Part shown: one piece after another, positions 1-11,982 of the stretch
Position numbering within the stretch: the first letter of the stretch is position 1
Layout: the number at the start of each line of letters is the position of its first letter
Source of the DNA: Octopus sinensis
Taxonomy: Eukaryota
Direction: 5' to 3'
DNA: 46,610 nucleotides
Assembly (NCBI RefSeq): GCF_006345805.1
Contig: NW_021835263.1
Coordinates: 1 to 46,610, forward strand
Notes under the pieces: generated by a model
What the model was told of the DNA's origin: nothing
What the model saw: only the letters and a program-made list of their open reading frames with translations
Databases searched by the model: none
Position numbers and translations under genes: made by a program

Positions 1-165
1 TGCGTTCTGAGTTCAAATTCCGCCAAGGTCGACTTTGCCTTTCATCCTTTCGGGGTCGATAAATTAAGTACCAGTTACGCACTGGGGTCGATGTAATTGA
101 CTTAATCCGTTTTCTGTCCTTGTTTGTCCCCTCTATGTTTAGCCCCTTGTGGGCAATAAAGAAAA
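1..165 (+). mobile_element. SINE family A (184-bp-unit SINE), 5' end cut by window edge
   Basis: Matches the body of copies at 33786-34387 and 34957-35187: B-box-like GAGTTCAAATTCC, then GCCTTTCATCCTTTCGGGGTCGATAAATTAAGTACC and tail CCCCTTGTGGG..TAAAGAAA. Confidence 0.9.
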
Positions 166-743
166 TGATTTCATAAATGTTTAATATGCGCACTGGTCAA
201 GTCGGTAGTCCAACTACTCCCAAACACGGTGCAACATGTCATAGGTAATAGTCTCCAGTGCGGTAGAAATCTCTTCTCTAGTGCCTCTAGGCTTACAGGA
301 AGAGGGAGGACACAGACCAGGCCCTTCACATAGCTCCATGTTCGCGCTTTCGCTTGTCATCTGCTGTTATGGCCTGAACGAGCTGCAGCTTGTAGGGTTT
401 TATTAGCACGTGTTTCCTCAGGACGCGCCAAACTGTCATTGAAGGAATCTGTTTCGAGATTTGTTCTTCTTATGGACTTCGCATAAGTTTTTGGTAAACC
501 CACCCAACCGTCTCTTCCGCTGTTAGTGGCCGTCCAGACCCTTTTGCGCTGCACAGACAGCCTTCGTCAACAAACAAAACGCTTTTACTCTACCAGTGAG
601 TGTCATTTCTATACCTGAAAAGTTAAACATATCAAACATTAAACATAAAATTTTGACCTGTTTCTATACATGACGTCACTTGAACACGAACTTGCGGGGT
701 TATTATATTGCGAAATGATATCGAAATTTTTTGGAACGCCATG
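166..743 (-). pseudogene. Internally deleted Tc1/mariner-superfamily transposon remnant
   Basis: Hand translation of the minus strand: MTLTGRVKAFCL (ATG at 606), then FVDEGCLCSAKGSGRP..RSP*..QIPSMTVWRVLRKHVLIKPYKLQLVQAITADDKRKR. This joins directly to C-terminal WSYVKGLVCVPPLP..DMLHRVWE*LDYRLD..AHIKHL*. The DDD/E core is missing. A TIR-like end TA|CATGGCGTTCCAAAAA lies at 743. Confidence 0.8.
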
Positions 744-770
744 TATATTGAGTGATAGATACACTATCAT

Positions 771-771
<1 letters not shown>

Positions 772-838
<67 letters not shown>

Positions 839-915
839 GTAGACAATTTGCTTAGCATGTAGATAAATAGCGAGACAGAGCGAGACAGAGACAGAGACAG
901 GGAGAAAGAGAGAAG

Positions 916-950
<35 letters not shown>

Positions 951-969
951 TAGATAGATAGATAGATAG

Positions 970-1040
<71 letters not shown>

Positions 1041-1085
1041 GATAGATAGATAGATAGAATAGATAGATAGATAGATAGATAGATC
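772..1085. repeat. Compound microsatellite (AGAT)n/(AT)n/(AG)n
   Basis: Direct reading. Confidence 0.97.
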
Positions 1086-1424
1086 CATGCATGTATAGTA
1101 CATGCAAATATACAACTGTATATAATCTAGAAAGGTATTAACTGACTATAATGATATGGTGTGCACAGATGTGCCATGAAAACGAATGGATTATTTGAAT
1201 AGGAAACATTTGTTGAGGAACAATGGAAAGTAAATAGTGGACGATGGACAATGATCGATGCGGTGGTGGCCATGATGGACTTAATTCTAGGTCGTGGGGG
1301 TGGGGGTGGAGATAACGGTAATGGCAAGGGTGATGGTATTGATGTGATGGTGATGCTGTCGGTGGTCGTGATGGTGAATGTAATGGCGATAGTACTATGT
1401 ATTGTTAGGTCGATCGGGGGAAAA

Positions 1425-2165
1425 TAATAAGGAGGAGGAGGAGAAGAAGGTGAAGAAGAAGAATAGGAGGAGGAGGAGGAGGAGAAGAAGAAGAAGAAGA
1501 AGAAGAAGAAGAAGAGGAAGAGGAGGAGGAGGAGAAGAAGAAGAAGAAGAAGAAGAAGAAGGAGAAGAAGAAGAAGAAGAAGATAGAGGAGAAGAAGAAT
1601 AGGAGGAGGAGGAGAAGAAGAAGAAGGAGAAGAAGAAGATAGAGGAGAAGAAGAATAGGAGGAGGAGAAGAATAGGAGGAGGAGAAGAAGAAGAAGAAAA
1701 AGAAGAAGAAGAAGAAAAAGAAGAAGAAGAAGAAGAAGAAGAAGGAGAAGAAGAAGATAGAGGAGAAGAAGAATAGGAGGAGGAGAAGAAGAAGAAGGAG
1801 AAGAAGAAGATAGAGGAGAAGAAGAATAGGAGGAGGAGAAGAAGAAGAAGAAGAAGAAGAAGAAAAGAAGAAGAAGAAGAAGAAGAAGAAGAAGAGAAGA
1901 ATAGGAGGAGAAGGAGGAGGGGAGGAAGAAGAAGAAGAAGAAGAAGAAGAAGAAGAAGATTAAGAACAAGAACAAGAACAAGAACAAGAAAAGAGGAACA
2001 AAATAAACAATAAGATGAAGAAGACGAAAAAGGAGGTGGAGAAGAAGTTAAAGATAAAGCAGACGAAGAAAATGATGAAGAAATTGCAGAAAATGGTGAA
2101 GAGGAAAAAGAAGAAGGAAGAGAAAAAAGAAGAAAGAAGAAAAGAAGGAGACGAAGGAGGAGAAG
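1425..2165. repeat. Polypurine (GAA)n/(GGA)n compound tract with higher-order units
   Basis: Almost pure purine on the + strand; recurring GAAGATAGAGGAGAAGAAGAATAGGAGGAGGA blocks. Confidence 0.95.
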
Positions 2166-3039
2166 TGGGGGGGAGACAAGATTAATCTGACGGATAAGTA
2201 CAACAACTACAACAACTACAACAATAACAACATCAAGAAGGAGCTTTATGAAGAAGTAGTACCTCACCAGGCCACACATCATTAACAAAGGCATCAGTGA
2301 TGTGTTATAATTCAGCTGAGACGTAGCCTTTTGTAACATGGTGTTATCCTTCTGTAGATATAAGCGATGCACCACATCAAATTCGACGTCCTTTCTAAAG
2401 ATTTGTCACTCTTCTTCGTAATGGCTGCAATTTCATCCAATTCGACTCACATCATCCTTAATACCATTCACACTGCAAATCTCATCAGCTTACAAACCTA
2501 TTTTCGCGTTTGTCATTTGAACAAGGTACGTTATTTCGTCTACCGTTACCACCACCATCTCCACCACGTTCTATTTTCACCGACGCCTCTTTCCCGCCGA
2601 TTTTGTCCTGAAAACAAAATGGCCGTCACAAATTAATTCGCTTCGATCGGTCAATCTAATTTTTCTTTTCTTTTTTACATAGCCGACTCTATGTTAACCT
2701 AGTTTAACTCACTTACTGTTAGTTTCCTTCCTATTGTTCTGTACATAAACTTGTTACCGAGAAATAGCAAAAAGAATCGCTTAAAGAGACGAGTAACATA
2801 AGAAAGAGAATTAGAAAAGCGTGGAAAATTTCGAGAGGGATAAAGAGTAACAGAAACGTTTACATACTCAGATGGCAAATAGTATATGTATCTACACCGA
2901 AACTCGTACATATAGACGTATTTATACACACATCAACTTGCATATATGTAAGTATGTATATATATATATATGATAAATCGATAAAACAAATACAGTGAAA
3001 TCCAAGTTTTCGGACTCTCCCGACAAACACACGCATACA

Positions 3040-3117
3040 TATATACATATGTGTAAATACGTACATACACTCACCCATGCACATATACATGCATACATAC
3101 ATACATACAAACAGACC

Positions 3118-3150
<33 letters not shown>

Positions 3151-3214
3151 GTAGATATATATATAGAGATAAACAAATAGGTAGCTAGGTAGATAGATAG
3201 ATAGATAGATAGAT

Positions 3215-3262
<48 letters not shown>
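3040..3262. repeat. (ACAT)n/(ACAG)n/(AGAT)n microsatellites
   Basis: Direct reading. Confidence 0.93.
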
Positions 3263-3899
3263 GTATTTATATACAGCTATAGAACTAGGTTTCTTCCAGT
3301 TGCTTGCACTTAAAAATTGTATACACGTATAAAGCATCCATCAATAGGTGACGTGTACCTCTGGTTGAAATACATATTCAAATGGATATTGTACGCTGAT
3401 ATATTTACACGAACATAGGAGAAATGTTTCTAGCATCAAGATATGCTAGTATCATAACGTAATGTTCAATACGTAATGTGCAAGTACACGCGCATACACA
3501 CGCACACAAAGGCGCATACACACACGCGCTCGCACACAACTACATAGCTATAGCGATACTACTAACTAGTTATTAGAACTTGATATTCCTGTGCTTTAAA
3601 ATCAAGCACCACGAGAGTTGAGAGCGTAATATGAAATTAATGAAATGATCAGCTTCATTACTTTACAGCTGTTTCTAGTATAAGAAGCAGAGCACTCAGA
3701 GAAAAGTGCTCTTTTGTATTACCTCATAAAATTCCTCGCAACCTTTTTAAATGGAGTGTTTTGTTTATTTGGGAAGGCATTTTTGTAAGAGCATGGAAAG
3801 GGTCATCATGGAAATGATAAAAGTACAAGTGACGGTGCATACAATTTGTGGGTGAGAAGCGTCTCCCGAATTTCATCACGTAATTCTTGCTCCTTTGTC

Positions 3900-4124
3900 A
3901 TATGTGTGTGTATGTATGTCTGTCTGTCTGTATTTGTCACCCCACCATGGCTTGACAACCGATGTTGGTGTGTTTACGTCCCTGTAATTTAGTGATTCAT
4001 CAAAATAGTCCAATAGATCAAGTACTAGGTTTACAAAGAATAAGACCCGGGGTCGATTCTTCGACTAAAGACGGTGCTCCAGCATGACCGCAGTCAAATG
4101 GCTGAGACAAGTAAAAGAATAAAA
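3900..4124 (+). mobile_element. SINE family B, 3' half
   Basis: Matches 9945-10150 (CTTGACAACCGATG..AAGTACTAGG..GGGGTCGAT..CAGCATG..AAGTAAAAGA). Confidence 0.85.
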
Positions 4125-4232
4125 GGAAATATTGGTTTAATAGATATATATTAAGTATATAGTTTATATCCAGTTAAAAGAAGAAAGGAAATGGAGATAA
4201 GGGAGTTAATTGTTTATTATTAACAAATTGGT

Positions 4233-4339
4233 CATCTTCGCTTCTTACAGTCATTTCAATTAATACTCAATAATTTAATTACAAATTTGTGCATTAAATT
4301 CACATTTATGTAGCATCAGTATAATTTCATCAGAGGATG
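4233..4339 (-). ncRNA. Mirror-arm hammerhead motif, more degenerate
   Basis: Minus strand: CATCCT-CTGATGA-AATTATACT...AGTATTAATT-GAAA-TGACT-GTA-AGAAGCGAAGATG. Confidence 0.5.
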
Positions 4340-4437
4340 TAACTTGGGATGTTATATGTGAGATTATCAATTCATTTCAGCAGACATTTCAAACTGGTGA
4401 AAGGAATAGATAAGCCCACATATAACATCCCAAGGTA

Positions 4438-4549
4438 CATCTTTTTTACTCTGATGAAATTACACTCGTCATATAAATGTAAATTTTATGTTCAAATTTG
4501 TAATTTAAGTATTGAGTATCAATTGAAACGGCTGTAAGAAACGAAGATG
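4438..4549 (+). ncRNA. Type I hammerhead ribozyme motif with extended stem II
   Basis: CTGATGA at 4451-4457 and GAAA at 4525-4528. Minimal stem III is AC-GGCT-GT; predicted cleavage is after GTA (4536). Stem I (4438-4450/4537-4549) pairs 11/13. Stem II is AATTACACTCG / TGAGTATCAATT. Confidence 0.7.
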
Positions 4550-4617
4550 ATCAATTTGTTAATAACAAATGTTAACTTCCTTATCTCCATTTTCTTTTCT
4601 TCTTTTAACTGAATATA

Positions 4618-4708
<91 letters not shown>

Positions 4709-4710
4709 CA
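4618..4710. repeat. (TCTA)n(TA)n microsatellite
   Basis: Direct reading. Confidence 0.95.
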
Positions 4711-5104
4711 TATATGTATATATTTATGTCTTTGTGTCTGTGTTTGTCCCCTCACCATCGCTTGTGTGCGCGCCTGTGCTTGTGTATTTGTTCCACTGAT
4801 AGGGATTAAATATAATACAACCCTGCTTATCGTAATCAGAGTAGAACTCAAGGAACATTTTACAAGGAATTAGAAATAATACTGAGCTGGGAGTATGTGT
4901 CGTCTCTCTAATTACAGAATGAAATATCCTTGTAGTTTTCGGCATGTGTGATGTGAGGGAAGCGTTTTGGTATATTACAATTGTATATGTTTGTGGGGGG
5001 GGCGGAGGAAGATTAAGACAGATAGAGTGAAAAGTGGGGGCGAAAGAGGGACAGATATTGACAGAGCCAACCTGAGGGAGAAAAGCAGAGATTAACAGAC
5101 TGAA

Positions 5105-5350
5105 AGAAACACAGAGAGAGAGAGAGAAACAGAGAGACAGGGACAGACAGAGGGAGAGACAGAGAAACAGAGAGAGAGACAGAGAAACAGAGAGAGACAC
5201 ACAGAGGGAGAGACAGTTAAAGAGCGAATCAGAAAAAGACGGAGAGAGACAAACAGTCAGAGACACGAAGAGAGACAGATAGACTGACTGACGACTGAGT
5301 GGGTGATTGAGAGAGAGAGGCAAACAGACAGACAGACAGACAGAGATAGA
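5105..5350. repeat. Degenerate (AG)n/(ACAG)n tract
   Basis: Direct reading. Confidence 0.9.
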
Positions 5351-5884
5351 GCATTAGGGAGAAAGAGTCGTGCCACACATAAAAAATACGAAGAGATATT
5401 GGAAGGGGTGATAAATAAGAAATACATCTGATATAACGAGTACATCCTTCCATACTTAAATATGAGCTTCGTTTACGACCACTCATCAGCGCTACTATAT
5501 TACACCCTGCGAAGTTCTGTCCACGTTTCTACCTGGCTAAGTTTACCGTTTATGGCGAACACTTCAACAGGATCTCATCGATTTAAGGTAATTATAAGGT
5601 ACCGTTGTTTACACTTGACATGTTCTTTACATCATGGAACGTCATTTACTCCGAACCCCAACCTGTCACAAGATGGTGGAGAAATCTGTCAGGCATGGTT
5701 TGTGTAAGACTTGTTCAATCCCTATGTCATTTACAAGTCATTTGGTTTCTACTGGATGCGGGTGTTAAACGGTCGAACGAGTATGGTTGTAAGCGACTGT
5801 TCTAATTGCCCGATGCCAACATATACGCATACGCATGCGCACACGCGGTCAAACACGAAGACAAATCCAAACAAACACACAATA

Positions 5885-7150
<1,266 letters not shown>

Positions 7151-7364
7151 ATGCAAACTTTCCCAAATTAGCTCGTGTCAGAATTCGATCTAACTGCAAT
7201 ATGTTGTGGAAAAATCATTGTAGAAATATTGATCAGGTGATTTAACCATCGATTTCTGGTTTGTTGTATCTCAGAATCACGCAAGCTGTACAAACGGCAG
7301 CCATATTTGGTTAATCCATGCTGGTCGTCTAGCGTGAATGAATGTTTGGTCTATAGTTTGACGT

Positions 7365-8122
7365 GAGGAGAGAGAAAATATGTGGTATTAGAGAGAGAAA
7401 GCTAGAGAGAGAAACACAGAGGAGGAGGAAGAGAGGTGTGAGAAAGCTAGAGAGGAGAGAGAGAGAGAGAGGGGAGAGTGAGAGCGAGAGAGAGGAGAGA
7501 AAGGAGGAAGGGAGTAGAAAAGGAAGAGAAGGGAGAAAGCTGAAAGAGGAAGAGAGGAAGGACAGGTAGAAGGAGAGAAGAAGAGTGAAAGAACACAGGA
7601 AGGAGAGGGAGAGAGAAGACAAAGGCGCGAGAGAAAGCGGAGGGAAGAGAGGAGTAGAAGAGAGAAGAGAGGAAAGCTAGAGAGAGAGACAAGAGGAAAA
7701 AGAGTGTAAGAAAGCCAGAGAGACACAGCGAGAAAGAGAAAGGAAGAGAGAGAGAGGGAGAAAAAGTGAGACAAGACAGAGACGAAGAGAAAGATAGGGA
7801 GATAGTGAAAGAAAGTTATGAAGAGAGGGAGAGTGAGAGGAAGGGTAGAGTGAGAGAGAGAGAGAGAGAGAAGGGGAAAGCAAAGTTGTGAAGAAGAGAA
7901 GGCTAAGCTTGGTTCCGAACCGAGATTTAAAAGAGAAACGGATTAATTATTATAGGGATTAAATGAGAGAGGAGAGGGGGGGTGAAGAAGATTTCATATG
8001 AATAATAGAGAATAAGATGAGGGAATTGAATGAGAGAGAGAAGGGATGCGAGAGAGGGGGTGCGAGAGAGGAATGAAAAAGAAAGTGAGAAAGAGAGTGA
8101 ACAAGTTGGAATCATTCGTAGC

Positions 8123-8160
<38 letters not shown>

Positions 8161-8345
8161 TTTGATAAAACTGGAAGAGAGAGAGAGAGAAAAAAATAAG
8201 AGAGGAGTGAAAAAGAGAATGCGGGGAAATGTTAAGTATCATCCGAGAGAGAGAGAGAGAGAGTCAGAGAAAGAGTAAGAGAAAGATGAGAGAATGTCCC
8301 GTAAAACAAAGAAAGACCAAACACGAGATGAGAGGGAGAAAGAAA

Positions 8346-8382
<37 letters not shown>

Positions 8383-8677
8383 AGGGTATGTCATGGAGAG
8401 AGAATATTAGTGAATACCCAAGAGAGAAGAGAGAGAACGAAGAGAGAGGATTGAATATAAGTGGTGTGGGAGTAGGAGGGAAGGTGGAGGAGGTAGAGAG
8501 AGATGGGAAAATGAGTGGTGAAGATAGAGAGATTGAGGTAATTAATGTGCATGTAGTGTTAGAGGGAATGGGTAGAGCTGAATTTAAATATGTTTGAGAG
8601 AGTGAGAAGGAGAGAGGGAGATAGAGAACACGAAAAATATGGGGAAAGAAGCTGTTATGAAGACAAAGGAGAGAGAA

Positions 8678-8713
<36 letters not shown>

Positions 8714-8755
8714 TTAATAATTATGTGTTACAGAGTGACAGAGTACTACATAAAG

Positions 8756-8827
<72 letters not shown>

Positions 8828-9015
8828 GGATAGATATATAGATAGATAGAGAGAGAGAGAGAGGCAGAGAGAGAGAGAGACAGACACACAGACAGACAGA
8901 TAGACAGATAGACAGATAGATAGACAGATAGACAGATAGATAGGGAGATAGACAGATAGACAGAGTGACAGAGTACTACATAAAGAGAAAGATAGAGACA
9001 GATAGACAGACAAAC

Positions 9016-9094
<79 letters not shown>

Positions 9095-9100
9095 CAGAGA
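7365..9100. repeat. Long purine-rich (AG)n low-complexity region ending in (AGAT)n/(AGAC)n
   Basis: Direct reading; strong strand purine skew. Confidence 0.92.
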
Positions 9101-9665
9101 GGGAGAAGTGCTGTAATTATAGGGGAGATAAAGGTGGTATTTGCATAGTGGTACCAAAATGGCTGCGAATATTAATTAAATGCAGCACCAGCAAAACGTA
9201 CTTCAGATTAAATTTCCAAGGAAGAGTTTCACTGAGGTTAAATACATGTTTATTAAAATATGGTTATAAGTTTTTTTTTATAAATTTAATCTGAAAGACA
9301 CCATATCGACAGCCTCGTTTAATTAACAGACGCAGTCAACTTTGCCCTGATATGTAAATAGGATCAGGGCTACCTTGGTCATAGAGGAAGTTTATTATAT
9401 AAATTTCGTCTACGTAACGTTACTAAATTCTCTTAGTCGCCAAACGAAAGTCTGTTAACTCTGATGAAGTTTTAATGTTAATTAAAACTAAGCGATCCAT
9501 TCTTTCTCTTTCGGTTTTCTTGCTCTCTGATCTATTTTCACAGAGTGTGTACATATTTGTTTACTTAATATAAAACTTATTCAGCTGTGAACTAAGAGAA
9601 TGCTTAGCACGCCGGACAAAATGGATAGAGGCGCTTCTTCCGATTCTTTGTTTTGATTTCACATA

Positions 9666-9816
9666 GGCGTAGGAGTGGCTTGCTTACGAACCACGTAGTT
9701 CCAGGTTCAGTTCCACTGCGTGGCACCTTGGGCAAGTGTCTTCTACTATAGCCTCGGGCCGACCAAAACCTTGTGAGTGGATTTGGTAGACGGAAACTGA
9801 AAAGAAGCCCATCGTA

Positions 9817-9910
<94 letters not shown>

Positions 9911-10150
9911 GTGTGTGTGTGTGCGTGTGTGTGTGTGTGTGTGTCTGTGTTTGTTCCCCACCATCGCTTGACAACCGATGCTGATGTGTTTACGTCCCCG
10001 TAACTTAGCTTTTCGACAAAAGAGACCGATAGAATAAGTACTAAGCTTACAAAGAATAAGTCCTGGGATCGATTTGCTCAACTAAGGGCGGTGCTTCAAC
10101 ATGGCCACAGTCACATGACTGAAACAAGTAAAAGAGTAAAAAAGTAAAAA
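9666..10150 (+). mobile_element. SINE family B, near full length (tRNA-like head, CORE-like segment, internal (TA)n(TG)n, conserved tail)
   Basis: Head GGCGTAGGAGTGGCT..GGTTCAGTTCC, then ACCTTGGGCAAGT resembling the CORE-SINE domain. Microsatellite at 9817-9945; tail ends GTAAAAGAGTAAAA. Many partial copies in the window. Confidence 0.88.
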
Positions 10151-10154
10151 TACA

Positions 10155-10285
10155 ATCGATGAGGTACACTTTATCTTTCATCTTTTTGGAGTCGACAAAA
10201 TAAGCACCAACTAAGCACGACGGTCGATGGAATTGACTAACACCTCCCCTAAAATTGTTGGCCCTGTGTCAGGATTTGAAGACAT
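10155..10285 (+). mobile_element. Old diverged family-A-related SINE fragment
   Basis: CTTTCATCTTTTTGGAGTCGACAAAATAAGCACC..GGTCGAT..CCCCTAAAATTG..GGCCCTGTG; same alternative tail as 44431-44645. Confidence 0.65.
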
Positions 10286-10420
10286 TTAATACTTTGATTG
10301 CATAAATGAATATCATTTTCATTCCCGTAACGATGTTAATTATCCACCAAGAAATAGACTTGATGTTTTCTGCTTCTGCAATACTTTTCTGTATCTTCTG
10401 AAGGTATCCTTTTCATATTC

Positions 10421-10836
10421 TGTTTCTTCACTACCCACAAGGGGCTAAACATAGAGGGGACAAATAAGGACAGATAAACGGATTAAGTCGATTATATCAA
10501 CCCTAGTGCGTAACTGGTACTTAATTTATCGACCCTGAAAGGATGAAAGGCAAAGTCGACCTCGGCGGAATTTGAACTCAGAACGTAACGGCAGACGAAA
10601 TACTTGTTTCTTTACTACCCACAAGGGCTAAACACCGAGGGGACAAACAAGGACAGACAAATGGATTAAGTCGATTATATCGACCCCAGTGCGTAACTGG
10701 TACTTAATTTATCAACTTCGGAAGGGATGAAAGGCAAAGTCGACCTCGGCGGAATTTGAACTCAGAACGTAACGGCAGATGAAATACGGCTACGCATTTC
10801 GCCCGGCGTGCTAACGATTCTGCCAGCTCGCCGCCT
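10421..10836 (-). mobile_element. SINE family A dimer (head + 2 body units)
   Basis: Two ~184-bp units plus a single head; flanking 31-bp direct repeat at 10390-10420 and 10837-10867 (3 mismatches). Confidence 0.93.
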
Positions 10837-11358
10837 TGTGTCTTCTGTAGGTATCGTTTTCATATTCACCACTAAAAGTATTTGATTTTTGTTCTGTAAA
10901 GAGATATTTTATGAAATATGTGGAAAAAAATTATGAAAATCTGAAAAACTGTATTTTGTAGAAATTCTCGTAGCATAAGAAGCCGCTTTTTTCCTGTTTC
11001 TCTTTTTTATATATTTCATTATTTTTACCGTGCTGTAAAAACGTTTTTCACAGTGAAAGATAATAAAAATTGAGTGGATATATCCGCTTTCCGCGCTCAA
11101 AGGGTCAATATACGACTGTAGCTCGAATGCAAATATAATCTCAAATCTGTTCTGTTACTGTTCATTTTGTTAAAATGTATGCATCTGAATACATTTTAGA
11201 GTTTAAAAATGATATTTATTGATCAAAGCGCTCATTAGTGAAGTAGAAAGAAAATCATTACGCCTGTGGACGAAGACAAAAGCTATTAAATGTTATATAT
11301 GTGTAAACAGAAAATAAGACGTCAAGAGTAGCGTAAAAAATGTAACAGTTATTGTTAA

Positions 11359-11747
11359 CGTAGAGGCGCAATGGCCCAGTGGTTAGGGCAGCGGACTCGC
11401 GGTCATAGGATCGCGGTTTCGATTCCCAGACCGGGCGTTGTGAGTATTTATTGAGCGAAAACATCTAAAGCTCCACGAAGCTCCGGCAGGGGATGGTGGT
11501 GATCCCTGCTGTACTCTTTCACCACAACTTTCTCTCACTCTTACTTCCTGCTTCTGTTGTACCTCTATTTCAAAGGGCCGGCCTTGTCACTTTCTGTGTC
11601 ACGCTGAATATCCCCGAGAACTACGTTAAGGGTACACGTGTCTGTGGAGTGATCAGCCACTTACACGTTAATTTCACGAGCAGGCTGTTCCGTTGATTCG
11701 GATCAACCGGAACCCTCGTCGTCGTAACCGACGGAGTGCTTCCATTC
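11359..11747 (+). mobile_element. SINE family C (tRNA-derived, ~390 bp), full length
   Basis: A box TGGCCCAGTGG and B box GGTTTCGATTCC; perfect 13-bp TSD CAGTTATTGTTAA (11346-11358/11748-11760); near-identical to 36538-36927. Confidence 0.95.
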
Positions 11748-11761
11748 CAGTTATTGTTAAA

Positions 11762-11970
11762 CGGTGTGCTGTAAGAATGGTTAGCGAGCCGAGCAAAATG
11801 CTTTGATGCTTTACTTCCGACTCTTTATGTTCTGCATTCCAGACTCACTTTCCCTGTCATCTCTCTGGAGCGATGAAATACACACCTTTTGTGCACATAC
11901 CCTTTGTGCACTCGTAATAGGATTCCTCCTCCCCACAAAATTCTCCGACCTGAAGTCAAAATTACAAAGA
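11762..11970 (+). mobile_element. Highly diverged family-A-related SINE
   Basis: Weak similarity: CGGTGTGCTGTAAGAATGGTTAGC..AAAATGCTT..TTCCGACTCTTTATGTTCTG..CCCCACAAAATT. Confidence 0.5.
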
Positions 11971-11982
11971 ATTTTTATTGTT

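Larger units (their letters stand above)
4164..4618. mobile_element. Fold-back (palindromic) element with ~220-bp imperfect arms, probably Penelope-derived
   Basis: 4164-4383 is the imperfect reverse complement of 4394-4618, with a ~10-nt centre. Each arm carries a hammerhead-like core. Confidence 0.85.

Noticed and set aside
1127-2260. Long ORFs (286 and 326 aa) of poly-S/L/F
   Set aside because: These are stop-free translations of the (TTC/TCC)n strand, with no domain content.
5455-5495. Minus-strand CTGATGA..CGAAG motif
   Set aside because: GAAG instead of GAAA, only 2 bp of stem II, and poor stem I.
11362-11437. tRNA gene call (also 36540 and 41240-41315)
   Set aside because: The tRNA-like part is a SINE head: it continues into a shared body and is bounded by TSDs.
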